This document shows, piece after piece, positions 47,702 through 58,005 of a stretch of 64,000 nt of DNA. Under the pieces are notes generated by a model. It ran no database searches and was not told where the DNA came from. It saw only the letters and a program-made list of their open reading frames with translations. This DNA comes from an uncultured bacterium (GTDB taxonomy: Bacteria; Verrucomicrobiota; Kiritimatiellia; RFP12; UBA1067). The stretch is from positions 27,816-91,815 of the forward strand of contig CADCCW010000016.1 in NCBI GenBank assembly GCA_902800055.1, given 5' to 3'. Made by a program: the position numbers and the translations under genes. How positions within the stretch are numbered: the stretch's first letter is position 1; every line of letters starts with the position of its first letter.

Positions 47702-50700
47702 ATGCGAATTCACGAAAAAGATATGTTTGGGTTGCCGTGTTTCATTGCGACACTTGGCTTCATTTTCGCAACAAACTGTGCATATGCCGACTCTTGGATC
47801 GATCCAGATACCGGCTATACATGGACATATCGTATAATTGGCGAGGAGGCGGAGATTTACTGCGCTGGCTGGTCGTGTGCGGTGTCACCAAGTCCTACTG
47901 GCGTTGTTTCTATTCCTTCTGAGCTTGGCGGAAAGTCTGTGACAAGCATAGGAGGATGGGCGTTTTATAATTGTGCTGAGTTGATGAAAGCAATAATTCC
48001 GAATGGCGTGACAAATATTGGTCAATATGTGTTCCAAGATTGCGTAGCTCTGACGAATGTGACGATCCCAGATAGTGTGACGAGTATAGGATATGCTGCG
48101 TTTGGTGGTTGTAGCAAGCTTGAAGGCGTGGTAATTCCGACTGGCGTGACGAATATTGAGGATTATACATTTTATGGGTGCAGTTCTATGTCGGACATAT
48201 CAATCCCAGCCAGCGTTACGGGCATTGGGGATTATGCCTTTTACGGCTGCAGAGGGTTGACGAGCTTGTCAATCAATGTTACAAACATTATGTCGCATAC
48301 ATTTTATGATTGTGTGAGCATGACAAATCTGAGTGTAACAATTCCTGCTGGGGTGACATGTATCGGAGATTATGCGTTTGGTGGTTGCAGTGTTCTGACG
48401 AGTGTTTCAATTCCGAGCAGCGTGACGAGCATCGGGGAGGATGCGTTTTACGATTGCTGCAGATTGACGGACGTGATGATCCCCAATAGCGTGACGAACA
48501 TTGGGCCTTATGCGTTTAGCTGTTGCGTCGGACTAACGAGCGTAACGATCCCGGATAGTGTGACGAGCATTGTGGAGGGTGTGTTTTACAATTGTAGTTC
48601 TCTGGGGAGAGTGACGATATGCGATGGCGTGATTAGCATTGAGAAGGAGGCGTTTTGCGGCTGCAGCGGTTTGACGAGCGTGGTGATTCCGTCAAGTGTG
48701 ACGAGCGTAGCAGGGAATGCGTTCCAACATTGCTCGAATGTGACCGATGTTGTCGTTCCGGGGTGGAAGTGTGGGATACCGTTTAATTCCGTGACAAACA
48801 TTGTTATTTCGGAAGGCACGACGAGCATCGGATATAATGCGTTTAGAGATTGCAGCGGCTTGACGAGCGTGACGATACCTAATGGCGTGACGAGCATCGG
48901 GGGTTCTGCGTTCTCAGGTTGCAGAGGTCTTACGAGTGTTTCAATTCCGAATAGTGTGACCGATGTTGGCTCTCGGGCGTTTAATGGCTGTAGTCTGACG
49001 GCAGTGCATATCACAGACCTTGCTGCGTGGTGTGGAATTGCATTTAGCTGGGAAGGGGAATTGGGAAGTAATCCACTGTCGTGTGCGGGGAATCTATATC
49101 TCAATGGTGTGCTTGTCACCGATTTGGTCATCCCCGACGGTGTGACGAGCATCGGGGAGGGTGCGTTTTCCGGTTGCAGTTCTCTGACGAGCGTGACGAT
49201 CCCTGGCAGCGTGACGAGTGTTGGTGATAGGGCGTTTGCCGGCTGCAGCGGACTGACGAGCGTGACGATTGGTTCATGTGTAAAGAGCATTGGAGATAAT
49301 GCATTTAGCAATTGCAGTGGTTTCACGAATGTAGTGATTCCCGACAGTGTGACAGATATTAGGTCAGAGGCGTTTAGTGGTTGCCGTGGTCTGACGAATG
49401 TGACTATTGGTGCTGGTGTGACGAGCATTGAATATTGTGCGTTTGCCGGTTGTGGGCTGACGAGCGTGACGATCCCGAACAGCGTAACGAGCATCGGGGA
49501 TTGGGCATTTGATTGCGTAGGACTTGTAAGTGTAACCGTTCCACAATGTGTTTGCCGCAGTTTGATGTTAGAGTGTGTGTTTGGTTCCGCATGTCAATCG
49601 ATTACGAATGTTGTGATTTTGGATGGCGTTACGAATATTGGCGATGAAACATTTGAAGAGTGTTCGGGACTAACATGCGTGATAATACCGGATAGTGTAA
49701 CAAATATTGGGGCGTATGCTTTTGAATATTGCAACAATCTGGTAAGTATAACAATACCCGATAGCGTGGTAAGTATTGGAGATTATGCTTTTTATTGTTG
49801 CAGTGGGCTTGAAGAGGTCTACATGCCAGAACGGTTTAGAGATGATTGGTCAATCTTGTATAGTATTTCTGATGACGCGGAGATCTGTTATTACAACGAA
49901 TTTGCCGAAATGTTGCACGAGCAATTAACGGCTAATGACGGGGAAGAGAAGAGAGTTGAACTTCTTGCGACGAATGCCTGCCGGGTGGCGTTTGAGTGGA
50001 AGTGCTCGTGCGAACCGCTGCGGAAGGGCAGGATGCGTGACTATCTTTCCTTCTCGGTTGATGGCGTTCAGCGGGATGCCATCTGTGGCGAGGTGGACTG
50101 GACGAACCGCGAATACTTCGTCGAGGGCGTCGGCGAGCACGTCCTGTGCTGGACATACCAGAAGGACGAGAGCGGATCGGAGGGCGAGGACTGCGGCTGG
50201 GTGCGTCTTGCTTCGGTAGTGCCGTATGTGACGCTGTCATTCTTGCCGGGCGGGGCGGAGTCTGGCGTGACACCGGAGGCCATGTCGTTCTATGCGGATG
50301 CAGGAAACGTGTCGCTACCAGGCAAGGGCACGCTTGCATGGCCAAAGCATACGTTCCTTGGCTGGAGCGATGTCGAGACGGTTTGGGAGGAGGGCGCGTA
50401 CTATCCATGCAATGCTGAGGTGATGGCATTGACGGCAGCGTGGGAGCGCAAGGAGCTTGCCGCGCCGATCATCGCCGCGCCGACTGAGTTCTATGACGAG
50501 ACGGCAACCGTGGCTATTTCCGCTGTAGATGGAGCGGCAATCTACTATACGCTTGACGATTCCACGCCGACCACGAACAGCACGCTCTACGCGGGGACGT
50601 TTACGATTGACGCGACGACGACCGTTCGCGCCATTGCCGTAATGGACGACTGGTTCGACAGCCCGGAGGCGGCAAAGACCGTGGCGAAAGACGACACGAC

Positions 50701-51520
50701 GTTTGGCGAGGCGGTGAATGCGCCAGCGCTGGAGTTCACGACGGACGCGGGGTCCGGCTGGCGGCGCGTGAAGGGCGAGTCGCCAGACGGCTATGCGTTG
50801 CGTAGCGGCGTCATCGGCCACAACGCGACGAGCCGTCTTGAGACCGTGGTCGTCGGAGCGGGTCGGATAACGTTTTCCTGCAAGGTGGCGGGCGAGGTCG
50901 TGAAGGGCGATGTCTACGATGGCTTGGCATTCCTGATTGACGGCGTTTCGCAGAACGAGCTGATGGGAAATATGGGCTGGGAAACCAACGCCTTCGATGT
51001 GGTGGGCGAAGGGTCGCATACTTTGAGTTGGCTCTATGTCAAGGACGAGGGAGATGAAGATGTGCTGCCTGACGATTGCGCATGGATAGATGAGGTTGTC
51101 TGGGCGCCGAGCGCGAGCGATGTGACGGTCGATGCCGGAGGCGGGAAGACCGTGACAGTTCCAGTTGCGTGGCTTGATGAGCATGCTACGGCGATTGCGG
51201 CGCATGGCGGTGACAGGACGGCATATGTCAAGTCGATGGCGGAGAACGGGCGTAAAGTGTGGGAGTGTTATGTGGTTGGCCTTGATCCAGAGAATGCCAC
51301 GAACGACTTCAGGATTACGTCGTTCCCGATGAAGGCGGACGGTACGCCAGACTTGGACGCAATCACATTCGTTCCTCCACAATCGCAGTGGAATGTTCAG
51401 GGAGCAATGCCAGTTCTGAAGGGCAAGGTTTCGTTGAGTGGCAGTGGCGAGTGGCAGACGGTGACAGATGCGAACAAGGCGCAGTTACGGTTTTTTAGGG
51501 TAGAGGTTTTGTTGCCGTAG
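47702..51520 (+). CDS. Large secreted BspA-like LRR protein with CHB_HEX_C/Fn3-associated-like and C-terminal beta domains
   Basis: RBS aaggagg; many VTIPxSVTSIGxxAFxxC repeats; AIYYTLDDSTPT; ends FFRVEVLLP*. Confidence 0.9.
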   Translation: MRIHEKDMFGLPCFIATLGFIFATNCAYADSWIDPDTGYTWTYRIIGEEAEIYCAGWSCAVSPSPTGVVSIPSELGGKSVTSIGGWAFYNCAELMKAIIPNGVTNIGQYVFQDCVALTNVTIPDSVTSIGYAAFGGCSKLEGVVIPTGVTNIEDYTFYGCSSMSDISIPASVTGIGDYAFYGCRGLTSLSINVTNIMSHTFYDCVSMTNLSVTIPAGVTCIGDYAFGGCSVLTSVSIPSSVTSIGEDAFYDCCRLTDVMIPNSVTNIGPYAFSCCVGLTSVTIPDSVTSIVEGVFYNCSSLGRVTICDGVISIEKEAFCGCSGLTSVVIPSSVTSVAGNAFQHCSNVTDVVVPGWKCGIPFNSVTNIVISEGTTSIGYNAFRDCSGLTSVTIPNGVTSIGGSAFSGCRGLTSVSIPNSVTDVGSRAFNGCSLTAVHITDLAAWCGIAFSWEGELGSNPLSCAGNLYLNGVLVTDLVIPDGVTSIGEGAFSGCSSLTSVTIPGSVTSVGDRAFAGCSGLTSVTIGSCVKSIGDNAFSNCSGFTNVVIPDSVTDIRSEAFSGCRGLTNVTIGAGVTSIEYCAFAGCGLTSVTIPNSVTSIGDWAFDCVGLVSVTVPQCVCRSLMLECVFGSACQSITNVVILDGVTNIGDETFEECSGLTCVIIPDSVTNIGAYAFEYCNNLVSITIPDSVVSIGDYAFYCCSGLEEVYMPERFRDDWSILYSISDDAEICYYNEFAEMLHEQLTANDGEEKRVELLATNACRVAFEWKCSCEPLRKGRMRDYLSFSVDGVQRDAICGEVDWTNREYFVEGVGEHVLCWTYQKDESGSEGEDCGWVRLASVVPYVTLSFLPGGAESGVTPEAMSFYADAGNVSLPGKGTLAWPKHTFLGWSDVETVWEEGAYYPCNAEVMALTAAWERKELAAPIIAAPTEFYDETATVAISAVDGAAIYYTLDDSTPTTNSTLYAGTFTIDATTTVRAIAVMDDWFDSPEAAKTVAKDDTTFGEAVNAPALEFTTDAGSGWRRVKGESPDGYALRSGVIGHNATSRLETVVVGAGRITFSCKVAGEVVKGDVYDGLAFLIDGVSQNELMGNMGWETNAFDVVGEGSHTLSWLYVKDEGDEDVLPDDCAWIDEVVWAPSASDVTVDAGGGKTVTVPVAWLDEHATAIAAHGGDRTAYVKSMAENGRKVWECYVVGLDPENATNDFRITSFPMKADGTPDLDAITFVPPQSQWNVQGAMPVLKGKVSLSGSGEWQTVTDANKAQLRFFRVEVLLP

Positions 51521-51771
51521 GTTTGCGGTGGGTATGTGACGATACAGTAGCTGGCTGGCGCGTCGCCTTGCGTGGCAGTTATGTCTATGTTGCGGTGCGC
51601 CGCCTGATGACGCAAGGTATGCAAAGCGGGCGGCGAAGAGGGGAGGGGTGTGAGTGAGGAAGACGGGTGCGACTCGCCGTGTGAGTGGTTTTGTGCGCAA
51701 CCAGCGATAGGATTCAGGCTGCCAGGGTAAACCAGTCTGGTTGTCCTAAGCGCGGAAGGCGACAAAGTCAC

Positions 51772-51810
51772 CCGCGACGAGACCGAACACTCGCTCCCCG
51801 CTGAGCCGCG
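51772..51810. repeat. Short dispersed repeat, type R, copy 2
   Basis: ccgcgacgagaccgaac (17-bp identity with 12747) followed by ctccccgc-gagccgcg. Confidence 0.65.
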
Positions 51811-51855
51811 AGCAGCGATGCCGTAGGGACGACATATCGTCTTATCCCGCGCCGT

Positions 51856-52794
51856 CTACCACGCAAGCGGCTTGCCTAAGGACCAGTGGTCGGCAAAGGC
51901 GCGGATGGACTCCGGCGCCGCCCCCGCCTCCTGGCTGTGGACCATCGTCTTGCGCAAGTCCCAGGACACCGGCCCCTTGACGAGCGCGGCGGACTTCTTC
52001 AGCATCTCCAGCCTGAAGAACGGATCGTCCTCGCCCGACACGAAGAGGAACGGGCACCTCGCGTCAGGAAGGTAGACGCTGGCGTCCCATCTGCGCAGCC
52101 ATTCCGTTCCTTTCGCGCCCATCTCGGCAAGTCGCTTGGTCCACCAGGAGCCGTCGGCGTAGAAGCCGCACCCGTACACAGGCGCCGCCCAGTCAAAGCG
52201 GTGGTCGACGCTTGATGCGATGCAGGTGAGATACCCGCCCCACGAAATGCCGGTGATCCCGATTCTGGCGGGGTCGACCTCCGGCAGCGACCGCAGGAAC
52301 GAATGCGCCAGGACTACGTCCGCGACGGCATGGTATGTCCACTGGTCCTTTGCTGGCTCGTCCACTTGGTCGAACCCGCCCCATCCGGACGGGCCGCTCC
52401 ACTCATGGCGCCGCCATCCATTCCCTTCTTTGATTGGCGTCGCCCCGCAGGTATCCATCGCGATCGCCGCATAGCCGCGCTCGTTCCACATCCGTACCCA
52501 CCAGTCGAAGGCGGTTCCCTCGCCGCCGTGGACGAGGACGACGCCCGGGCACCTGTTCGTCGCGGACGCGCCGTCGGGCAGTGCATACCACGCGAAGAAG
52601 CGCGTCGGCCGTCCGCGCCAGTCCTCGCCGTCCAGGAAAACTGCGTTCGCCTTGCCGCGGAAGTCCGACGCGTGCGCGGCCGGCGGCGGCTTCGCCAGCA
52701 CCGCGTCCCACGGCGACTGCGCCGCGGCGACGCCGGAGGAAAACACCGACAGCGCGAGCGCAAGCGCGCACGCTGACAGCTTCGGACCGTTCAT
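51856..52794 (-). CDS. Secreted alpha/beta hydrolase (acetylxylan-esterase-like)
   Basis: LVHGG, GISWGG nucleophile motif; alternative start at 52812. Confidence 0.85.
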   Translation of the reverse strand: MNGPKLSACALALALSVFSSGVAAAQSPWDAVLAKPPPAAHASDFRGKANAVFLDGEDWRGRPTRFFAWYALPDGASATNRCPGVVLVHGGEGTAFDWWVRMWNERGYAAIAMDTCGATPIKEGNGWRRHEWSGPSGWGGFDQVDEPAKDQWTYHAVADVVLAHSFLRSLPEVDPARIGITGISWGGYLTCIASSVDHRFDWAAPVYGCGFYADGSWWTKRLAEMGAKGTEWLRRWDASVYLPDARCPFLFVSGEDDPFFRLEMLKKSAALVKGPVSWDLRKTMVHSQEAGAAPESIRAFADHWSLGKPLAW

Positions 52795-52898
52795 ATCGCC
52801 TTCTCCTGTCATTTGATGCGTATTATACCAAAACCGCCGCGCCTTGCAGGTTCTGGCGTGGAATATGGTATAATACGCGGAAACGAAAGGAGTATCCC

Positions 52899-54371
52899 AT
52901 GACCAAGACTGTTCTTTCCGCGGCGATGATGGCGGCTGCGGCAGCCTGTGCGGCTGAACTGCCGGTGGCCGACTTCACCCAGGAGGTGGGCAAGGTGCGC
53001 CCCGAGCTGCACTCCTCCGGCTTCGGCCCGACGATCTGCTCGCTTACCCAGCAGGCGCTCGACGACGTCCGCGCGATGGGCTTCAAGAGCGCGCGCACCC
53101 ACGACTGGGCGCTCATCAACGCCAACCAGCGCGTCTGCGACTGGCACCACATCTTCCCGCTCGTCGACCTCGACGCGACCAAGCCCGAGAACTACGTGTT
53201 CGGCCCCACCGACTACCTCCTGAAGCGCACGCGCGAGGAGGCGGGGCTCGACGTCTTCTTCCGCCTTGGCACCTCGATCGAGCACTCGGGCCCCAAGGTC
53301 CACTTCAACTCGCTCATCCCGAAGGACTTCGACAAGGTGGCCGAGGTCTTCGCCGGCACCGTGCGCCACTACAACCGCGGCTGGGCCAATGGCCACGAGT
53401 GGAACATCAGGTACTGGGAGATCTGGAACGAACCTGACGGCTTCAACAACATGTTCTGCCTGCCGGAGGGCGACGCGGGCGAAGACGACGCCGGCACCAA
53501 GCGCAACAACCTGAAGCGCCGCGAGCTCTTCGCGCAGCTCTTCGTGAAGTGCCTCAAGCGCCTGAAGGGCGAGTTCGGCGACTCGATCAAGGTCGGCGGG
53601 CCGGCGCTCTGCTGGCTGAACGAGGACTACTTCCGCTACCTGCTGACGGCGTGCAAGGACGCCGGCGTCGCGCCTGACTTCATCTCCTGGCACGGCTACA
53701 AGAGCGACCCCTCCGAGTTCTCCCGCGAGGCCGAGCGCGCGCGGAAGCTCTGCGACGAGTTTGGCTTCACCAAGTGCGAGCTGATCGTCAACGAGTGGCA
53801 CTACTTCGGCAACAACTACACCTGGACCGACATGCAGCACTGCTCCGACCCCGCGGTCAAGGCGCGCATCTGGGACGGCCCCGACAGCCACAACGGCATC
53901 CGCTCGGCGTGCTTCACGCTCGCGGCGCTCGTCGAGATGCAGTCCTCGAAGCTTGACCAGGCCTTCTACTATGGCTGCAGCCACGTCGGCAGCTGGGGCT
54001 TCAAGGACGAGCTGCAGAACAAGTACAAGGTCTTCTACGCGCTCAAGCTCTTCGGCGACCTCATGCGCGACTACTCGGTGCGCTGCGCCGGCTCGACGGT
54101 CGGAACGGTGACCACGTTCCCCGTCCGCCGCGCCGACGGGCGCAAGGGCCTGCTGTTGATCGACTACGGCGGGACGGAGCGCGAGATCAAGGTGGCGCTG
54201 AAGGGCGTGGACGCGAATGCGAAGATCAAGGAGGTCGTTCTCGACTACACCCACGACCTGGTGGAGCCAGACCTCAAGAGCTGGGAGCGCCCGCGCATCA
54301 AGGACGGCGTCCTCACGCTCTGGAAGCCCGACTTCTTCAGCGCGGCGTTCCTCCTGACCTTCGACGAGTAA
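52899..54371 (+). CDS. Secreted clan GH-A glycoside hydrolase (GH39-like)
   Basis: RTHD, YWEIWNEPD, GGPA, DFISWHGY, NEW. Confidence 0.8.
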   Translation: MTKTVLSAAMMAAAAACAAELPVADFTQEVGKVRPELHSSGFGPTICSLTQQALDDVRAMGFKSARTHDWALINANQRVCDWHHIFPLVDLDATKPENYVFGPTDYLLKRTREEAGLDVFFRLGTSIEHSGPKVHFNSLIPKDFDKVAEVFAGTVRHYNRGWANGHEWNIRYWEIWNEPDGFNNMFCLPEGDAGEDDAGTKRNNLKRRELFAQLFVKCLKRLKGEFGDSIKVGGPALCWLNEDYFRYLLTACKDAGVAPDFISWHGYKSDPSEFSREAERARKLCDEFGFTKCELIVNEWHYFGNNYTWTDMQHCSDPAVKARIWDGPDSHNGIRSACFTLAALVEMQSSKLDQAFYYGCSHVGSWGFKDELQNKYKVFYALKLFGDLMRDYSVRCAGSTVGTVTTFPVRRADGRKGLLLIDYGGTEREIKVALKGVDANAKIKEVVLDYTHDLVEPDLKSWERPRIKDGVLTLWKPDFFSAAFLLTFDE

Positions 54372-54997
54372 TGGAAGACTTCGGCCTCTATCTGGTGATG
54401 ACCAACCCGGTCGTCGGCTACGAGCGCTGCTGCGAGGCGGCGGTCAACGCCGGCGTCCGGATGGTGCAGCTTCGGATGAAGGACGCGCCGCGCTCCGAGG
54501 TGGTGGCCGTCGCGCGCGCGCTTCGGCGCATTACCGCCGGCTCTCGGACGCTGCTCATCGTGAACGACGACCCCGAGGCGGCGGCGGAGGCGGACGCGGA
54601 CGGCGTGCACGTCGGCCAGACCGACATGCCGGTGGCGGAGGTGCGGCGGCGCTGCCCGGGTCTGAGGATCGTCGGCAAGTCCACCCACTCGCCGGCGCAG
54701 GCGCTGGCGGCGGTCGGCGAGAGTCCCGACTACATCGGCGCGGGGCCGGTGTGGCCGACGCCGACCAAGAAGATCCCGGACCCCACGCTCGGCGTCGAGG
54801 CCGCCGCGGAGATGGCGCGCTCGGTGCCGTTCCCGGCGGTCGCGATCGGCGGCATCGACGAAAGCCGCATCCCCGAGCTTGCGGCGGCAGGCCTCGCCAA
54901 CTTCGCGGTGGTGCGCGCGGTCTGCGCCGCGCCCGACCCGTACGCACGGATAGTAAGGCTTCAGGAGGCGTTTCAGCGCGCGATTTCAAAGTCATGA
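54371..54997 (+). CDS. thiE: Thiamine-phosphate synthase
   Basis: VQLRMK, IVNDD, GVHVGQTD, STH, PTPTK, AIGGI. Confidence 0.92.
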   Translation: MEDFGLYLVMTNPVVGYERCCEAAVNAGVRMVQLRMKDAPRSEVVAVARALRRITAGSRTLLIVNDDPEAAAEADADGVHVGQTDMPVAEVRRRCPGLRIVGKSTHSPAQALAAVGESPDYIGAGPVWPTPTKKIPDPTLGVEAAAEMARSVPFPAVAIGGIDESRIPELAAAGLANFAVVRAVCAAPDPYARIVRLQEAFQRAISKS

Positions 54998-55722
54998 ATG
55001 CAAATGGCGAGAAGACGGTCGTGGTGATCCCCACCTACGACGAGCTCGAGAACGTGGAGCGGATGGCCGCGGCGGTTCTCGCGACGCCTGGCGTGGAGCT
55101 GCTCTTCGTGGACGACAACTCGCCCGACGGCACCGGCGCGAAGATCGACGAGATGGCGAAGTCCGAGCCGCGCGTCTCCTGCCTCCACCGCGAGCGCAAG
55201 GAGGGGCTCGGCCGCGCCTACGTGGCCGGCTTCGCGAAGGCGCTCTCGATGGGCGCGGGGAAGGTGGTGCAGATGGACTGCGACTTCTCCCACGACCCCA
55301 AGGATCTCGTCCGCCTCCTCGCCGAGGACGCGGACCTCGTGATCGGCTCGCGCTATGTGCCCGGCGGCTCCACGCCGGGCTGGCCGTTCAAGCGGCGGCT
55401 CATCTCGCGCTGCGGCGGCATCTTCATCCGCGCCGTGACCGGCATGCCGCTCCGCGACCCGACCGGCGGCTACAAGTGCTGGCGCGCGGAGACGCTGCGC
55501 CGGATCGACTTCGAGTCCGTCGCCTCGGCCGGCTACTCATTCCAGCTGGAGATGAACCACCGCGCGTGGAAGGCGGGCTGCTCCATCCGCGAGATCCCGA
55601 TCCAGTTCTCCGACCGCGCGGCCGGATATTCCAAGATCACCGCCGGCATCGCCGTCGAATCGCTGAAGATCGCCCTGCGCCTCCGCTACGGCGGCGTGCG
55701 GCGGAAGCAGGAGGGGGCGTAG
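54994..55722 (+). CDS. GT2 polyprenol-monophosphomannose synthase-like glycosyltransferase
   Basis: IPTYDE, VDDNSPDGT, GLGRAY, MDCDFSH, GSRY. Confidence 0.9.
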   Translation: MNANGEKTVVVIPTYDELENVERMAAAVLATPGVELLFVDDNSPDGTGAKIDEMAKSEPRVSCLHRERKEGLGRAYVAGFAKALSMGAGKVVQMDCDFSHDPKDLVRLLAEDADLVIGSRYVPGGSTPGWPFKRRLISRCGGIFIRAVTGMPLRDPTGGYKCWRAETLRRIDFESVASAGYSFQLEMNHRAWKAGCSIREIPIQFSDRAAGYSKITAGIAVESLKIALRLRYGGVRRKQEGA

Positions 55723-55723
55723 G

Positions 55724-56224
55724 TTGCAGCTTTTCGACGCGTACTTCATGCGTATGGCGCTGGATGAGGCGCGGCGCGCGGCGGAGGAGGGCGAGGTGCC
55801 CACCGGGTGCGTGATCGTGGAGGAGCCGGCCGATCCCGCCGCGGACGCGTCTGAGGTCCGCATCCTCGGCCGCGCGCACAACCGGGTCGAGGGGCTTGGC
55901 GACGCCACCGCCCACGCCGAGATGCTGGCGCTCGCGCAGGCCTTCGCCGCGCGCGGCGGCTGGCGGCTCAACGGCACGCGGCTCTACGTCACCAAGGAGC
56001 CGTGCCCGATGTGCGCCGGGGCGATCGTGCTCGCGCGCGTCGGCACCGTGGTCTGGGGCGTCTCCGACCCCAAGCGCGGCGGCTCCACCGAGTTCGGCAT
56101 CTTCGCCCATCCGGGCATCAACCACCATCCGGCGGTCGTCGCCGGCGTCGAGGAGGAGGCGTCGCGCGCGGTGCTCGTCGACTTCTTCCGCCGCCGGCGC
56201 GAGGAGGGGGAAAGGGAGGAATGA
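55724..56224 (+). CDS. tadA: tRNA adenosine(34) deaminase
   Basis: GEVP, TAHAE, EPCPMCAGA, DPKRG. Confidence 0.88.
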   Translation: MQLFDAYFMRMALDEARRAAEEGEVPTGCVIVEEPADPAADASEVRILGRAHNRVEGLGDATAHAEMLALAQAFAARGGWRLNGTRLYVTKEPCPMCAGAIVLARVGTVVWGVSDPKRGGSTEFGIFAHPGINHHPAVVAGVEEEASRAVLVDFFRRRREEGEREE

Positions 56225-56820
56225 AGACCAAGCCGCTTTTCATCGTGATCTCGGCGCCGTCAGGCTGCGGCAAGACGACGCTCATCGACATGCTGCTGCA
56301 GGAATACAGCGACATCGTCTACTCGATCTCCTGCACCACCCGCGCGCCGCGCGGCGAGGAGGAGGACGGGGTTGACTACCACTTCAAGACCGTGGAGCGC
56401 TTCGAGGAGCTCATCGCCGAGGATGCGTTCATCGAGCACGCGCGCGTGCACGGCAACTACTACGGCACGCTGCGCGAGCCGATCGAGAGCGCGCTCAGGG
56501 AGGGGTGCTCGGTGATCCTCGACATCGACGTGCAGGGCGCGGCGAAGGTGCGCGAGTTCGTGCACTCGCTGCCGGACTCCGACCCGATGAAGGCCGGATA
56601 CGTGGACATCTTCATCCTGCCGCCGTCGATGGAAGAGCTCCGGTCGCGGCTCGTCGGCCGCGGCACCGACTCGCCCGAGGCGGTGGAGAAGCGGCTTGAG
56701 AACGCGGAGGGGGAGATCGCGCGGGCGGGCGAGTACATGTTCAGAGTGACCAACGACGACCTCGGCATGGCCTACCGCCGGCTCTGCGACCTCATCGACG
56801 CACTCTCGGGAAGGATGTAA
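56221..56820 (+). CDS. gmk: Guanylate kinase
   Basis: SAPSGCGKTT, TTRAPRGEE.DGVDYHF, YYGT, DIDVQGA. Confidence 0.96.
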   Translation: MKTKPLFIVISAPSGCGKTTLIDMLLQEYSDIVYSISCTTRAPRGEEEDGVDYHFKTVERFEELIAEDAFIEHARVHGNYYGTLREPIESALREGCSVILDIDVQGAAKVREFVHSLPDSDPMKAGYVDIFILPPSMEELRSRLVGRGTDSPEAVEKRLENAEGEIARAGEYMFRVTNDDLGMAYRRLCDLIDALSGRM

Positions 56821-56826
56821 AAGGAT

Positions 56827-57978
56827 ATGAAAACCAAGAGACTGAAATACGCAATGATCGGCGGCGCGAGGGGCGCCTTCATCGGCCCCATCCACCGCAT
56901 GGCAATAAGGATGGACGACCTCGCCGACCTCGCGGCCGGCTGCTTCTCGCGCGACGCGCGCTCCAACGCTGCGACCGGCGCGAAGCTGCGGCTCGACCCG
57001 AAGCGGGTCTACCCCAGCTGGCGCGAGCTGATCGCGGCCGAGCGCGGCAAGGTCGACTTCGTGGTCGTCTGCACCACCAACGAGACCCACTACGAGATCG
57101 CGCGCGCCGCGCTCGAGGCCGGGTTCGACGTCTTCTGCGAGAAGCCGCTCTCGCTGACCGTCCCCGAGGCTGAGGAGCTCGGCCGCGTCGCCAGGCGCCG
57201 GCGGCGCGTCCTGGGGATTCCCTTCACCTACACCGGCTACCCGATGGTGAAGCTCGCGCGCGACCTCGTGCGCAAGGGCGAGCTTGGCAAGGTGGACAAG
57301 GTGGTGCTCGAGTACGTGCAGGGGTCGTTCCGCAAGGTTGACTTCTCCAAGCCGCTCGACCGCCACAACGCCTGGAAGATGAACCCGAAGATCTCCGGCC
57401 CGAGCTGCGTGGTGGCGGACATCGGCGTCCACGCCTTCACCATGGTCGAGTACGTGACCGGTCTCGAGGCGAAGACGCTCCTCGCCGACCTCTCGTCCTT
57501 CGCGCCCGGCAACAAGCTGGACGACGACGCGTCCATCCTCATGCGCCTCGGCTCCGCGAAGGGCGGCGCGCGCGGCGCGTCGGCCAAGGCGTCGCTCGTC
57601 GTCTCCAAGATCGCGACCGGCGAGGAGAACGGCGTCAGGCTGCGCGTCTACGGCGACAAGGCGTCGCTCCACTGGGACCAGGAGGCGCCGAACTACCTGA
57701 CGCTCAAGTACCCGCTCCAGCCCGACCGCGTCTTCCGCCGCAAGGCGCCGTACGTGGCCGACCTCTCGCCGGCGTCGGTGAAGGCGTCGCGCTTCCCGGC
57801 AGGGCACCACGAGGGGTTCGTCGAGGCGCTCGCCACGATCTACGACGAGTTCGTCGCCGCGGTCCTCACGCGCCGCGCCTGCGACTACCCCGGTCCGCGC
57901 GAGGGCATCCGCTCGATGCGCTTCGTCGAGGCGGCGCTCGCGTCCAACGCGAAGGGCAGCGCCTGGGTGAGGGTGTAG
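56827..57978 (+). CDS. Gfo/Idh/MocA-family oxidoreductase
   Basis: GGARGAFIG, CEKPL, DIGVH. Confidence 0.9.
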   Translation: MKTKRLKYAMIGGARGAFIGPIHRMAIRMDDLADLAAGCFSRDARSNAATGAKLRLDPKRVYPSWRELIAAERGKVDFVVVCTTNETHYEIARAALEAGFDVFCEKPLSLTVPEAEELGRVARRRRRVLGIPFTYTGYPMVKLARDLVRKGELGKVDKVVLEYVQGSFRKVDFSKPLDRHNAWKMNPKISGPSCVVADIGVHAFTMVEYVTGLEAKTLLADLSSFAPGNKLDDDASILMRLGSAKGGARGASAKASLVVSKIATGEENGVRLRVYGDKASLHWDQEAPNYLTLKYPLQPDRVFRRKAPYVADLSPASVKASRFPAGHHEGFVEALATIYDEFVAAVLTRRACDYPGPREGIRSMRFVEAALASNAKGSAWVRV

Positions 57979-58005
57979 GCTGCATCTGCGAGAATTGACA
58001 CCGGC

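Noticed and set aside
47950-49810. Regularly recurring gtgacgagc words suggesting a CRISPR array
   Set aside because: They are codons of the LRR units inside an intact ORF, not repeats with unique spacers
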